A DNA stretch of 40,135 nucleotides from Chthoniobacteraceae bacterium (GCA_031409655.1 JANNXQ010000069.1:1-40135), one strand, 5' to 3'; counted from the first letter of the stretch, positions 1 to 9,382 are shown. Numbers and translations are program-made. Notes: generated from the letters alone by a model not told the origin.

Positions 1-252
1 GACGGTCTTGTAGCGTGGCACTCTTTCTTCGACGGTTTCCACCATTCCACCTTTGCCACTTGCATCTCCTGGCGTGACCACCTGTTTGGTGACGATGTCG
101 TAACCGCAGGTTCTGACTTGGCGTGTTTCCGTGCGGGTACCGGCTCCGGCGGTAGATGGAAACCCTCCTGCACCACCGCCGAACATTGAGCAGCATGAGG
201 AGAAGCCGAGTGATACGGCAACGAGAGAAGCGAGAAGAACTAGGTTTTTCAT
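1..252 (-). CDS. Putative lipoprotein, 5' part only (runs off the left edge)
   Basis: Translated by hand (absent from the ORF track). Open frame of 84 codons from ATG at 252: MKNLVLLASLVAVSLGFSSCCSMFGGG...VPRYKTV. Basic N-terminus, hydrophobic stretch and lipobox-like FSSC. Confidence 0.75.
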   Translation of the reverse strand, partial: MKNLVLLASLVAVSLGFSSCCSMFGGGAGGFPSTAGAGTRTETRQVRTCGYDIVTKQVVTPGDASGKGGMVETVEERVPRYKTV

Positions 253-481
253 GATAGGTGGTAGTTGTTTGTGTATGAGGGAAATTCGTAAAAATTACAT
301 GCAGCAGCAAGAAGTCAGGCTGAAGATTAGCACGGCGCCAGCAAAGAGTGTAGATAGTCTTAAGAACATTTCCGCAATGCTAGAAAGGACCGCGGGCTTG
401 GCAATCAAAAAGACCGCGTCGTTGTAAGGATTGGTTCAAGGTCGAAGGGATTCTTCCAAATGAGAGCGGTATTGGCTGGGA

Positions 482-1456
482 TCAACCGAGTGTTAGAACT
501 TTTTCCACAATCCTTCTGGGGTTTGGAAGTTGTTCATGCTCAATGTGTGGTGAATAAATTGCTGGAGCATCGATCGAGCAAACTCGTTTGATAGGAGCAT
601 CCAAGTAGTCGAACGCATGTTCTTGGATGAGCATGGCGACCATTGCAGAAACACCACCGAAGGGTTTGGACTCATCGACGAGAACTACGCGGTTGGTTTT
701 CTTCACGGACTTGAGGATGGCATCGACATCAAGCGGGCGGATCGAACGGAGATCGAGGACTTCGCAATTGATGCCGTGCTCAGCTTGAAGTGTCTCCGCT
801 GCGGCAAGTGCGTGGATGACGGAGCGACCGTGGGCGATGAGCGAGACGTCGGTTCCTTCGCGTTTCACATCCGCGACGCCGAGCGGGATCGTGTACTCGC
901 CTTCGGGCACTTCCCATTCCTCGCCATAGAGCAGCGTGTTCTCGAGGAACATCACGGGGTCATTGTCGCGGATGGCCGTTTTCATCAGGCCCTTCGCATC
1001 ATAGGCGGTGGCGGGGCAGACGACTTTCAGGCCGGGAGTGTTTGCGAGGAAATTCTCCGGCGTGTGCGAGTGCGTGGCGCCGACATTGGTGCCGCCATTC
1101 GCGGGGCCGCGGATGACGATGGGGCAATTAATGAGCCCGCCGCTCATGTAGCGGACGCAGCCCGCGTTATTGATGATCTGGTCCCACGCGACGTAGGCAA
1201 AGCTCCAGAACATCAGCTCCATCACCGGGCGGATGCCGAGCATGGACGCACCGATGCCCATGCCAACGAACCCCGCCTCGCTGATCGGCGTATCGACGAC
1301 CCGCTTGTCGCCATACTTCTTCCAGAGACCTTCGGTGACCTTGTAGGCACCATCGTATTCGGCGACTTCCTCGCCCATGAGGACGACGTTTTCGTCACGT
1401 TCGATCTCCTCGGCAAAGGCCTGACGGAGGGCGACGCGGTAGGTGAGCTTGGGCAT
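482..1456 (-). CDS. pdhB: Pyruvate dehydrogenase E1 beta subunit
   Basis: Motifs MGEEVAEYDGAYKVT, VDTPISEAGF, IVIRGPANG, ATHSH and DLRSIRPLD. Directly downstream of E1 alpha. Confidence 0.95.
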   Translation of the reverse strand: MPKLTYRVALRQAFAEEIERDENVVLMGEEVAEYDGAYKVTEGLWKKYGDKRVVDTPISEAGFVGMGIGASMLGIRPVMELMFWSFAYVAWDQIINNAGCVRYMSGGLINCPIVIRGPANGGTNVGATHSHTPENFLANTPGLKVVCPATAYDAKGLMKTAIRDNDPVMFLENTLLYGEEWEVPEGEYTIPLGVADVKREGTDVSLIAHGRSVIHALAAAETLQAEHGINCEVLDLRSIRPLDVDAILKSVKKTNRVVLVDESKPFGGVSAMVAMLIQEHAFDYLDAPIKRVCSIDAPAIYSPHIEHEQLPNPRRIVEKVLTLG

Positions 1457-1458
1457 GG

Positions 1459-1553
1459 GGATTTCAGATTTTTGATTTCAGATTTCAGATTGGATTTCAA
1501 GGTTTCGGCGCCGCCCGGCCAATCTGAAATCTGCGATCTGAAGTTTGAAATCC
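1459..1553. repeat. Inverted repeat built from ATTTCAG heptamers between pdhA and pdhB
   Basis: Arm 1459-1493 GGATTTCAGATTTTTGATTTCAGATTTCAGATTGG pairs with arm 1519-1553 CCAATCTGAAATCTGCGATCTGAAGTTTGAAATCC (35 nt each, about 6 mismatches). Confidence 0.85.
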
Positions 1554-1557
1554 ACGT

Positions 1558-2634
1558 TCAGTAGTTGAAAAAATGCCGACCAGTGCGGCCGGCTTCGGTG
1601 TTGCGATCCACTTCAAAGTACACGTCCTCGGTGATGCTGGCCTCGCTCGGGAGCGGGCTCTCTTCGGCGAATTTTGCTGCCGCATCCGCCTCGGCGCGGG
1701 CGCCGTGGTCCATCTCCTCGAACTGCTCCTCAGTAAGGATCCCTTCACTCACGAGCCGGGCTTTCCAGAGGGCGATGGGGTCGTGGTTCTGTTTGTAACG
1801 CTCGATTTCCTCTTCGTTCCGGTAGCCGCCCTTGTGCTTCGCGTCGGCGACGGAGTGGCCGTAGTAGCGGTAGGTATCGATCTCCAGGACGGTTGGGCGA
1901 GACTGCCGGTGCGCGCGCTCGAGGGCGATCTGGGTCTTGGCGCGGACTTCGTAGAGGTCCTCGCCATTGCAGCGATCCCAATCGATGGCGTAGCCCTCGG
2001 CGCGTTCGGCCAGGCAGGTGCGAAAGGCGCTCGACCGCTCGAGGCTGGTGCCCATGGAGTAGCCGTTGTTTTCAATGACGTAGATGACGGGCAGGTTCCA
2101 GAGCGACGCGAGGTTCAGCGACTCGTGGAAGCAGCCTTGGTTCACCGCGCCGTCGCCGAGATAGGAGAGTGCCGCGCCGGTGAGACCCTTGTACTTCAGC
2201 GCATAGGCGAGTCCGAGCCCGAGCGGCGTCTGCCCGGCGACGATGCCATGGCCGCCCCAGTAGTTCTTATCGGGGGCAAAGAAGTGCATCGAGCCGCCCT
2301 TGCCCTTCGAGCAACCGGTGGCCTTGCCGTAAAGTTCCGCCATGCATTCATTCATGCCCATGCCGACGGCGAGGGCGTGGCCATGGTCCCGGTAGGCGGT
2401 GATCACGTGATCATTCGCGCCGAGAAGCGAAATCGTTCCGACCGCCACACTTTCCTGCCCGATATAGAGATGCAGGAAGCCGCCCATGCGCTGCATTTGG
2501 TACCATTTATTCGCCACCGTCTCGAACTGCCGGATGCGCAACATCTCGCGCAAAAAGCGATGTTTGTCCTCGGTGGAGAGGTTTTTGTTGATGGCGGCGG
2601 TGGAGAAATCTTTGGTATCTACGGCAGTATCCAT
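1558..2634 (-). CDS. pdhA: Pyruvate dehydrogenase E1 alpha subunit
   Basis: GGFLHLYIGQE, YRDHGH, GKGGSMH, TPP-binding GDGA...ENN and YRYYGHS. Start placed at MDTAVD. Confidence 0.95.
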   Translation of the reverse strand: MDTAVDTKDFSTAAINKNLSTEDKHRFLREMLRIRQFETVANKWYQMQRMGGFLHLYIGQESVAVGTISLLGANDHVITAYRDHGHALAVGMGMNECMAELYGKATGCSKGKGGSMHFFAPDKNYWGGHGIVAGQTPLGLGLAYALKYKGLTGAALSYLGDGAVNQGCFHESLNLASLWNLPVIYVIENNGYSMGTSLERSSAFRTCLAERAEGYAIDWDRCNGEDLYEVRAKTQIALERAHRQSRPTVLEIDTYRYYGHSVADAKHKGGYRNEEEIERYKQNHDPIALWKARLVSEGILTEEQFEEMDHGARAEADAAAKFAEESPLPSEASITEDVYFEVDRNTEAGRTGRHFFNY

Positions 2635-2799
2635 AAGGCGGCGGCGTGAGCAGCCGGGAGATTTAAGCGGATGTCGCGAAGCGCGCAACATTCAAGAGGT
2701 CGTAGCGCAAAAATCCTGCCACCCGCGGCGGTCGCTTGCGTTCCGGGTGCCAAATGAAAGACCCTCCAGCGGCTCCGCGTCCGCGAAGCCAGAGCAAAC

Positions 2800-3942
2800 A
2801 TGACGACACTTTCCCCTCAAAGCGCGCCTCTCTCATCGGGACGCGGTGGAAAATGCACCGCGATCCTGGCGCTTTTCGTCGTCGCGTTTGCCTGCGTTTC
2901 GCGTGCGGAGGCACTGCTGCCGCCCATGACCGATGGCGAGCCAGCGCCGGGGCGATTCGTGCGGCAGGTGGCGGAGGAATATCGCGGAACGGGTGTCTAT
3001 CACGCGGTCTATCTGCCGGAGAATTGGCAGCCTGGGAAACGCTGGCCAGTCATCGTCGAGTATGCCCCGAATCAGTGGGAGGAGCTCTCCGGCGATGTTC
3101 ACGATTGTCGGCTGGGTTACGGCTTGAGTAGTGGGCGGGATTTCATCTGGGTCGTGCTTCCGTACGTCGATCCGGTGCGGGGTGTGAATGTCACGAAATG
3201 GTGGGGCGACGAAGACGCCACGGCGCAGTATTGCCTCACGAATTTGCGGCGCATTTGCGAGCGCTTCGGCGGTGATCCGAATGCGGTGGTGCTCTGCGGA
3301 TTCTCGCGCGGGGCGATCGCCTGCGGCTATCTCGGGCTGCGCGACGAGGCGATGGCGGATGTCTGGCTGGCGTTTTATCCGCATAGTCACATCGATGGCG
3401 GACGCTTCACCGCCAAGGGCGCCGAGGGGCGGCTCGCCCGGACGCGCGGGCGCTCGACCTTTGTCACCTACGGGAGTGAAGACTCGGGCAAGAGCGAAAG
3501 CCCGAAAGGCGCGCGGATGCTGCGGGACTTTGGCTTCCCAGTGACCGAGCGTGAAGTGCCGGATCTCGCGCACAGTGACCGCCTGCTCGACGCCGACACG
3601 CCGATCCGCCGCGAGCTGCGGACGTGGCTCGCGGAGGTGCTCGAAAAACGACCCGGGACGCGCGTCCTCCGTGGCCGGGTCGTCGAGCGCAGCGGCCGTG
3701 GCGTGCCAGGGGTGCGCGTGCGGTGCGGCTCATGGCACTGGGCGGTCACGGATGCGGCCGGAGGCTACGAAATCCCCTCGCTCGTCCCTGGCCGGCGCGC
3801 CCTCATCGCGGAACACGCGGGGGCCACTTTTACCCCGCCGCGGCAGGAGCTGGAAATCGCGGGCGAGGACCTCGTCGCCCGTGACTTTCAGCTTGAAAAT
3901 GCGGGGAACAAAACCGTTGACACCCCCAGACCCGCCCCCTAG
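2800..3942 (+). CDS. Secreted alpha/beta-hydrolase-like protein with C-terminal carboxypeptidase-regulatory-like domain
   Basis: Hydrophobic N-terminal segment, [16 protein letters not shown], nucleophile elbow GFSRG, later His (LAHSD), and C-terminal [16 protein letters not shown]...TDAAGGY. Confidence 0.65.
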   Translation: MTTLSPQSAPLSSGRGGKCTAILALFVVAFACVSRAEALLPPMTDGEPAPGRFVRQVAEEYRGTGVYHAVYLPENWQPGKRWPVIVEYAPNQWEELSGDVHDCRLGYGLSSGRDFIWVVLPYVDPVRGVNVTKWWGDEDATAQYCLTNLRRICERFGGDPNAVVLCGFSRGAIACGYLGLRDEAMADVWLAFYPHSHIDGGRFTAKGAEGRLARTRGRSTFVTYGSEDSGKSESPKGARMLRDFGFPVTEREVPDLAHSDRLLDADTPIRRELRTWLAEVLEKRPGTRVLRGRVVERSGRGVPGVRVRCGSWHWAVTDAAGGYEIPSLVPGRRALIAEHAGATFTPPRQELEIAGEDLVARDFQLENAGNKTVDTPRPAP

Positions 3943-3945
3943 TTT
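3917..3945 (+). promoter_or_regulatory. Sigma70-type promoter of rplM-rpsI
   Basis: TTGACA (3917-3922), 17-bp spacer, TAGTTT (3940-3945). AAGGAG ribosome-binding site precedes the rplM ATG. Confidence 0.7.
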
Positions 3946-3971
3946 GCCCGCCCTTTTCCAAGGAGCAAAAC

Positions 3972-4406
3972 ATGCCGACATTCTCAGCCAAAGCCAACGA
4001 AGTGAAACGCCAGTGGTGGGTCATTGATGCCAATAATCAAGTGCTGGGACGCGTCGCCGCGAAGGCTGCGAATCTGCTCCGCGGCAAAGAAAAGCCGATC
4101 TACACCGCGCACGTCGATACGGGTGATTTCGTGATCGTGATCAATGCTGAAAAGGTCCGCGTGACGGGCAAGAAGGAAGAGCAGAAGAGCTACATGAGCT
4201 TTTCCGGCTACGTCGGCGGGCACAAGAGCGAGAACGTCAAGCAGCGCCGGGCGCGCCGTCCCGAGTTGCTCGTCGAGCGTGCGGTGAAGGGGATGATTCC
4301 TCACAACCGCCTGGGTCGGTCCGTTTTTACTAAACTCAAGGTGTATAAGGGCTCCGCGCATCCGCACGAGGCGCAGAATCCGAAGGCCGTCACCGAAATC
4401 AAGTAG
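3972..4406 (+). CDS. rplM: 50S ribosomal protein L13
   Basis: [53 protein letters not shown]. Confidence 0.98.
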   Translation: MPTFSAKANEVKRQWWVIDANNQVLGRVAAKAANLLRGKEKPIYTAHVDTGDFVIVINAEKVRVTGKKEEQKSYMSFSGYVGGHKSENVKQRRARRPELLVERAVKGMIPHNRLGRSVFTKLKVYKGSAHPHEAQNPKAVTEIK

Positions 4407-4426
4407 TCGCACTTTCACTCGTCTTT

Positions 4427-4816
4427 ATGTCCCAGGAATTCATCGCCACCGGTCGCCGCAAGGAAGCCGTCGCCCGTATCCGCATGACCGCCGGCACCGG
4501 CAAAATCGACGTGAACGGCAAGACCTTCGACGAGTATTTCAAAACCTCGACGCAGCAGAACGCCGTGCTTCGCCCGCTTGAAGTCGCCAAGCTGATGAAC
4601 CAATTCGACGTCTCGGTGAACGCCCACGGTGGTGGCTCGAATGGACAGGCCGGGGCGGTGCGCCTCGCCGTCGCGCGCGCGCTCATTGAGCACAATCCTG
4701 AACTCCGCCCTGCGCTCAAGGCCGACGGCCTCCTGACCCGCGACCCGCGGATGAAGGAACGCAAAAAGTCCGGCCAACCCGGCGCCCGCAAGCGCTACCA
4801 GTACAGCAAGCGCTAA
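4427..4816 (+). CDS. rpsI: 30S ribosomal protein S9
   Basis: ATGRRKEAVAR, GGG.NGQAGAVRLAVARAL, LLTRDPRMKERKK.G..GARKR.QYSKR. Confidence 0.98.
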   Translation: MSQEFIATGRRKEAVARIRMTAGTGKIDVNGKTFDEYFKTSTQQNAVLRPLEVAKLMNQFDVSVNAHGGGSNGQAGAVRLAVARALIEHNPELRPALKADGLLTRDPRMKERKKSGQPGARKRYQYSKR

Positions 4817-4852
4817 GACCCTTTTCGGAAGCAAAAAGCTTTCCTCCTCGAG

Positions 4853-4900
4853 ACCCGCGCTGCGCGCCCCAATCTTCGCGCAGCGCGGGTTTTTCTTTTC
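4853..4900 (+). terminator. Intrinsic terminator after rpsI
   Basis: Perfect 14-bp stem ACCCGCGCTGCGCG / CGCGCAGCGCGGGT followed by TTTTCTTTTC. Confidence 0.8.
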
Positions 4901-5012
4901 CCGGCGGCACTCGGGTTGTTCCCTCTTTCGTGAATATCGCGAGTCAACCTGGCTGGGGCTCGACGACGGCGGCGGTTGGGAATATCTTCCGCCCCATCCA
5001 CTCCTCATCACT

Positions 5013-5726
5013 ATGAAAACTTCGCTTCTCGCACTCTTCGCCGGCGTTCTTTTCGCCGGTCACTGCTCCGCTGCTGATTGGCAGTCCGAGTACGCTCGTT
5101 TACTCGGGAAATATGTCACTCCTGCGGGGGTGAAATACGCCGCCTGGAAAGGAAACACCGCGGATGTTCAGGCGATTCAGGGCGTGGTCGATGCCATCGC
5201 CGCGGCGCCGGCTTCGTCCGCGAAGAGCAAGGAACAACTCGCCTTTCACCTCAACGCCTACAACGCCTGGATCCTCCGCGAAGCGCTGATCAAGTATCCC
5301 ACCAAGTCGGTAAAGGATCCGCTCTTCACCTTCTTTACCGGTAAACGCATCGTCGTTGCCGGGGAGAAGACGAGTTTCAACGCGCTTGAGAAGGATCTCA
5401 TCCGTCCGCGCTTCAATGAGCCGCGGATTCACTTCGCGCTGAACTGCGCGAGCTACAGTTGCCCGCCGTTGCGCGCGGAGCCCTACACGGCGGCAAAGCT
5501 CGAAGCCCAACTCGACGAGCAGACGCGGGGCTACGTGAATGAAGAGCGCGGCGTAAAGGTCAGCGGAGACAGCGCCCGGCTCTCGAAGATCTTCGACTGG
5601 TATAAGGAGGATTTCGGGGGCGAGACAGGCGTAAACGCCTTCGTCGCAAAGTACCGCGGGGGAAAGGCCGGTTTCAAGAAAGTGACCTTTCAGGAGTACG
5701 ACTGGGCGCTCAACGAAGCCAAATGA
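5013..5726 (+). CDS. DUF547 domain-containing secreted protein
   Basis: Signal peptide, EQLAFHLNAYNA, EPRIHFALNCASYSCPPL, LSKIFDWYKEDF and YDWALN. Confidence 0.88.
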   Translation: MKTSLLALFAGVLFAGHCSAADWQSEYARLLGKYVTPAGVKYAAWKGNTADVQAIQGVVDAIAAAPASSAKSKEQLAFHLNAYNAWILREALIKYPTKSVKDPLFTFFTGKRIVVAGEKTSFNALEKDLIRPRFNEPRIHFALNCASYSCPPLRAEPYTAAKLEAQLDEQTRGYVNEERGVKVSGDSARLSKIFDWYKEDFGGETGVNAFVAKYRGGKAGFKKVTFQEYDWALNEAK

Positions 5727-6574
5727 TCCGCGCGACTTCTGCCCTCTTCGCCCTGCTTTGCCTCGTCCCGCGCTCCGGAGTCGGGCAGGAAGTCCGGGTT
5801 AGTGGCTCGCCGGTCGTCGCGATGGCCATTACCTTTGCTGGTCCGAAGCTCAAGGAGCAGGGGATCGACATCAAAGTCACGACGGAGAGCGGCAGTGGGA
5901 ATGCGGTCATTTCGCTCGGGTACGAAACGGCGGATATCGCGATGACCCTCCGACCGATCAGCAGCACCGAACGCGCGCAGTTCCCCGATCGGCAATTCGT
6001 CGAGGAGCGGATCGGCTCGCAGGCGATCGCCTTCATCGTGCCGCGCGATGTCTGGGACGGCGGGGTGCGCTCGGTGACGAAGAATCAACTGATCGGGATC
6101 TACGAAGGGAGCATCACGAGTTGGAAGGAACTCGGAGGTGAGGATAAGAAGATCAAATTCTTTAACAGTGAGCGCGGGCGCGGGCTCTGGGAATTTTTCG
6201 CGCAATGGGCTTACGGCGATCAGCGCAAAGCGCCGCTCGGCGAGAATTTTGAAACCGTCGTCGGCGGCGAAGACGCGCGGAACACCGTGGAATTTAACGC
6301 CGGATCATGCGCGTTTGCCCCGCCGCGGTGGGCGGATGGGAAGAGCGTCTTCGCCCTCGCGATCAAGGAGGAATCCGGTGCGCTGGTCGAGCCGACGGCG
6401 CCGAACATCGCCTCGCTCCGCTATCCGCTCGCGCGTCCGGTCTTGCTGGTCTTCGGGGGAAAGCCCCTCGCGGGGCGCCGGAAGGTGCTCGAGTACATGC
6501 TCGGGGAGGAAGGGCAGGCGCTGCTCACGAAGACGGAACTCGTCCCGCTGGACGAAGTCGGACGCGCGCGCTGA
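5723..6574 (+). CDS. PstS-like periplasmic substrate-binding protein (PBP superfamily)
   Basis: VSGS, GSGNAV, ADIAMT.RP, WKELGG.D..I, YPLARP. Overlaps the stop of the upstream gene (ATGA). Confidence 0.78.
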   Translation: MIRATSALFALLCLVPRSGVGQEVRVSGSPVVAMAITFAGPKLKEQGIDIKVTTESGSGNAVISLGYETADIAMTLRPISSTERAQFPDRQFVEERIGSQAIAFIVPRDVWDGGVRSVTKNQLIGIYEGSITSWKELGGEDKKIKFFNSERGRGLWEFFAQWAYGDQRKAPLGENFETVVGGEDARNTVEFNAGSCAFAPPRWADGKSVFALAIKEESGALVEPTAPNIASLRYPLARPVLLVFGGKPLAGRRKVLEYMLGEEGQALLTKTELVPLDEVGRAR

Positions 6575-6575
6575 T

Positions 6576-6691
6576 CCTGGGAGCGCCGCCGTCCCGTGCG
6601 GCAACCACGCCAGCGCGCAGCGCCGAATCGAAGATGGCGCGCTGCGCGCGATTGGATTGGGCAGCCGCACGGGGACGGCGGCGCTCCCAGG
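6576..6691. repeat. REP-like inverted doublet between convergent genes
   Basis: CCTGGGAGCGCCGCCGTCCCGTGCGGC (6576-6602) and its reverse complement at 6664-6691 with one extra base. Confidence 0.8.
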
Positions 6692-8062
6692 CTAGCGGAA
6701 CATCAGCGTGCAGATGGCCGTCGCTGCGATCACGGCGACGGCATCCGCGGTGAGTCCGGCGGCGACGGCGTGACGGGTCCGGCGGATGGAGACGCTGCCG
6801 AAGTACACCGCGAGCACGTAGAAGGTCGTCTCGGTGCTGCCGTAGATGGTGCCGGCGAGGCGGCTGATGAAGCCATCCGGATCGCCCAGCCGCTGGACGA
6901 GTTCGATGAAGACGCTCTTCGCGGCGCTGCCGGAGAGCGGGCGGATGAGGACCAGGGGAACGAGTTCGGATGGGAAGCCGACTAAGCTCAGCGGGCGCGC
7001 GAGACTCGTGGTCAGCAGGTCGATGACGCCTGCGCCCTGGAGCATGCCGATGGCGACGAGCATGGCCACGAGATACGGCACGGTGCGTTTCGCCGTCTCC
7101 CAGGATTCGTGGGCACCTTCGACGAATTGCTCGTACACCGGCACGCCGCGGAGCGCTGCGTAGAGGGGAAAAAACGAGAGCAGAAACGGCACGGCGAGCA
7201 GCGAGGCCGACATCAACGCGCGCATCCAGAGCGGCTTGCCCGCATGATCCGCCGGGGGCAAAGGGGCGTGCCATCCCGCGTTCAATGTCTGGAACCAGCG
7301 CTCGGCATTTTCCGGGAAAAGCAGCAGCACGAAGAGCAGGACGAACATCGCAAAAAAAGCCCACAGCGCCGCGCGCCGGCCCGGCGTGAGGGCCAGCACC
7401 TCCGGCTTCTCGATCTCCAGCGGGGCATCAGCGCTCGGCGCGGCATCCGACGCGGCGGCGAGCGGAGTGGGCGCGATGCGAAACGCGGGCCAGTTTTGCA
7501 GCGTCTTCGCCACAAAGACCCCCGCGCTCGCCGCGCACAACGTGGAGAGAAACGCGGTGACCACGATCGCCGTCGCGCCCTTCGCCCCCGCCGTGGCGAG
7601 GATGGTGATGGCCATGAGCGGCAGGATCTGGATCGACGCGGTATTGAGTGCGAGGAAGGTGACCATCGCGTTCGTGGCCACGCCAGGGTGCGGGTTGAGC
7701 GACTCAAGCAGCCGCATGGCGCGCAGGCCCAGCGGCGTCGCGGCGTTGCCGAGGCCGAGCATGTTCGCCGCCATATTCATGACCATGGCGCCGATCGCCG
7801 GATGCTCCGAAGGCACCTCGGGGAAAAGCCGGTGCATCACCGGGCGCAGCGCCGCGGCGAGCGCGAGCACCAGGCCCGAGCGCTCCGCCAGCCGCATGAT
7901 CCCGAGCCAGATGGCCCACACGCCGAGTAGCGGCAGCGCCACTTTCATCACCGCCTTTTCCGCGCCGGAAAACGCCCCATCCATCATCTCCGGGAACCGG
8001 CCGGTGAAGCCCGCGACGAGCACGGCGACGAGGAGCATGGCGAGCCAGATGGCGTTCAGCAT
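6692..8062 (-). CDS. SpmA/SpmB fusion membrane protein (nucleoside recognition/Gate domains)
   Basis: NMAANMLGLGNAATPLG (SpmA-like) and VYEQFVEGA..., RPLSGS, GSTETTFYVLAVYFGSV (SpmB-like). Start placed at MLNAIW. Confidence 0.9.
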   Translation of the reverse strand: MLNAIWLAMLLVAVLVAGFTGRFPEMMDGAFSGAEKAVMKVALPLLGVWAIWLGIMRLAERSGLVLALAAALRPVMHRLFPEVPSEHPAIGAMVMNMAANMLGLGNAATPLGLRAMRLLESLNPHPGVATNAMVTFLALNTASIQILPLMAITILATAGAKGATAIVVTAFLSTLCAASAGVFVAKTLQNWPAFRIAPTPLAAASDAAPSADAPLEIEKPEVLALTPGRRAALWAFFAMFVLLFVLLLFPENAERWFQTLNAGWHAPLPPADHAGKPLWMRALMSASLLAVPFLLSFFPLYAALRGVPVYEQFVEGAHESWETAKRTVPYLVAMLVAIGMLQGAGVIDLLTTSLARPLSLVGFPSELVPLVLIRPLSGSAAKSVFIELVQRLGDPDGFISRLAGTIYGSTETTFYVLAVYFGSVSIRRTRHAVAAGLTADAVAVIAATAICTLMFR

Positions 8063-8186
8063 TGCCGCAGCGTACGGGGTTCGGAGTCGAACGCACAAGG
8101 AGGCGCTGCTGGAATTTCCGCACCCTTTGCTATGACACGCACGGACGCTTCCCAATCCCCGGCGGCCTGCTACCGTCCCCGCCCTT

Positions 8187-9377
8187 ATGCCAGCCAGCAT
8201 CATCGACCCCGCGCGCACCGAGCGCATTGAATTCAGCAACGACGAGATCGCCCGCTATTCGCGGCATCTGATCATGCCCGAGGTCACCCTCGAGGGGCAG
8301 AAGCGGCTAAAAGCGGCGAGCGTGCTTTGCATCGGCACCGGCGGACTCGGCTCGCCGATCGCGCTCTATCTCGCCGCGGCAGGTATCGGACGGATGGGAC
8401 TCGTGGATGGCGACACCGTCGATTTTTCCAATCTCCAGCGCCAGATCCTCCACGGGACGAAGGATGTGGGCCGGAAAAAATTGAACTCCGCGCGCGACCG
8501 CATCCGCGAGATCAATCCGAATGTGCAGGTCGATCTGCACGACACCTATTTCAACGCCGCCAATGCGCGCCAGATCGCCGAGCCTTACGACATCATCATC
8601 GACGGCACGGACAATTTCCCCACGCGCTACTGCTCGAACGATGTCGCCGTCTTCCTGAAGAAGCCGAACATCTACGGCTCGATCTTTCGCTTCGATGGGC
8701 AATGCACCGTCTTCGCGCCGTGCCTTGGCGGGCCGTGCTACCGCTGCATGTTTCCCGAACCGCCGCCGCCAGGCATGGTCCCGAGTTGTGCGGAAGGGGG
8801 CGTGCTTGGCGTGCTGCCCGGCATCATCGGGGTGATGCAGGCCATCGAGGCTGTGAAGCTCATCGTCGGCATCGGTGAGCCGCTCATCGGGCGGATGATC
8901 GCCTTCGACGCGCTGAAGATGAAGTTCCGCGAGTTTCGGCTGCGGCGCGATCCGAAGTGTCCGGTGTGCAGCGACCATCCGACGATCACCGAACTCATCG
9001 ACTATGATCAGTTCTGCGGCATCCCGCAGGCGAAGGCTGCCGAGGAGGAGGAAGCGCACGTCCCGCACATCACCGTGAAGGAGCTGAAGGCGAAGCTCGA
9101 TCGCGGCGACAACTTCCGCCTCATCGACGTGCGGGAGCCTTACGAGTGGGACATCTGCCACATCCCCGGCGCGAAGCTCATCCCGCTCGGGCAGCTCCCG
9201 GCGCGGCTCAGTGAACTCGATAGCGCGGATGAAATCGTCCTCCAGTGCAAGTCCGGCGCGAGGTCCGCGCGGGCGCTGATGCTCTTGCAGGAAGCTGGCT
9301 TCGGGAAACTCGCGAACGTCGAAGGCGGCATCGCGGCGTGGGCCGATCAGGTCGACACCAGCGTGCCAAAGTACTAG
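8187..9377 (+). CDS. moeB: Molybdopterin-synthase adenylyltransferase MoeB/MoeZ with C-terminal rhodanese
   Basis: RYSRHL, IGTGGLGSP, SNLQRQ, DGTDNF.TRY, CYRC..P, CPVC, and rhodanese IDVREPYEW...CKSGARS. Confidence 0.92.
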   Translation: MPASIIDPARTERIEFSNDEIARYSRHLIMPEVTLEGQKRLKAASVLCIGTGGLGSPIALYLAAAGIGRMGLVDGDTVDFSNLQRQILHGTKDVGRKKLNSARDRIREINPNVQVDLHDTYFNAANARQIAEPYDIIIDGTDNFPTRYCSNDVAVFLKKPNIYGSIFRFDGQCTVFAPCLGGPCYRCMFPEPPPPGMVPSCAEGGVLGVLPGIIGVMQAIEAVKLIVGIGEPLIGRMIAFDALKMKFREFRLRRDPKCPVCSDHPTITELIDYDQFCGIPQAKAAEEEEAHVPHITVKELKAKLDRGDNFRLIDVREPYEWDICHIPGAKLIPLGQLPARLSELDSADEIVLQCKSGARSARALMLLQEAGFGKLANVEGGIAAWADQVDTSVPKY

Positions 9378-9382
9378 CCGCG

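Noticed and set aside
131..427. 98-aa plus-strand ORF
   Set aside because: It overlaps the better supported minus-strand lipoprotein ORF and has no recognisable motifs.
617..2649. Long antisense ORFs opposite pdhB/pdhA (similar ones lie opposite galE, the sulfatase, tal, nagZ/cysK and alaS)
   Set aside because: Shadow frames expected from GC-rich codon bias. The opposite strand carries clear conserved genes.
6692..8062. Spore maturation protein as evidence of sporulation
   Set aside because: SpmA/SpmB homologues and fusions are common in non-sporulating bacteria.
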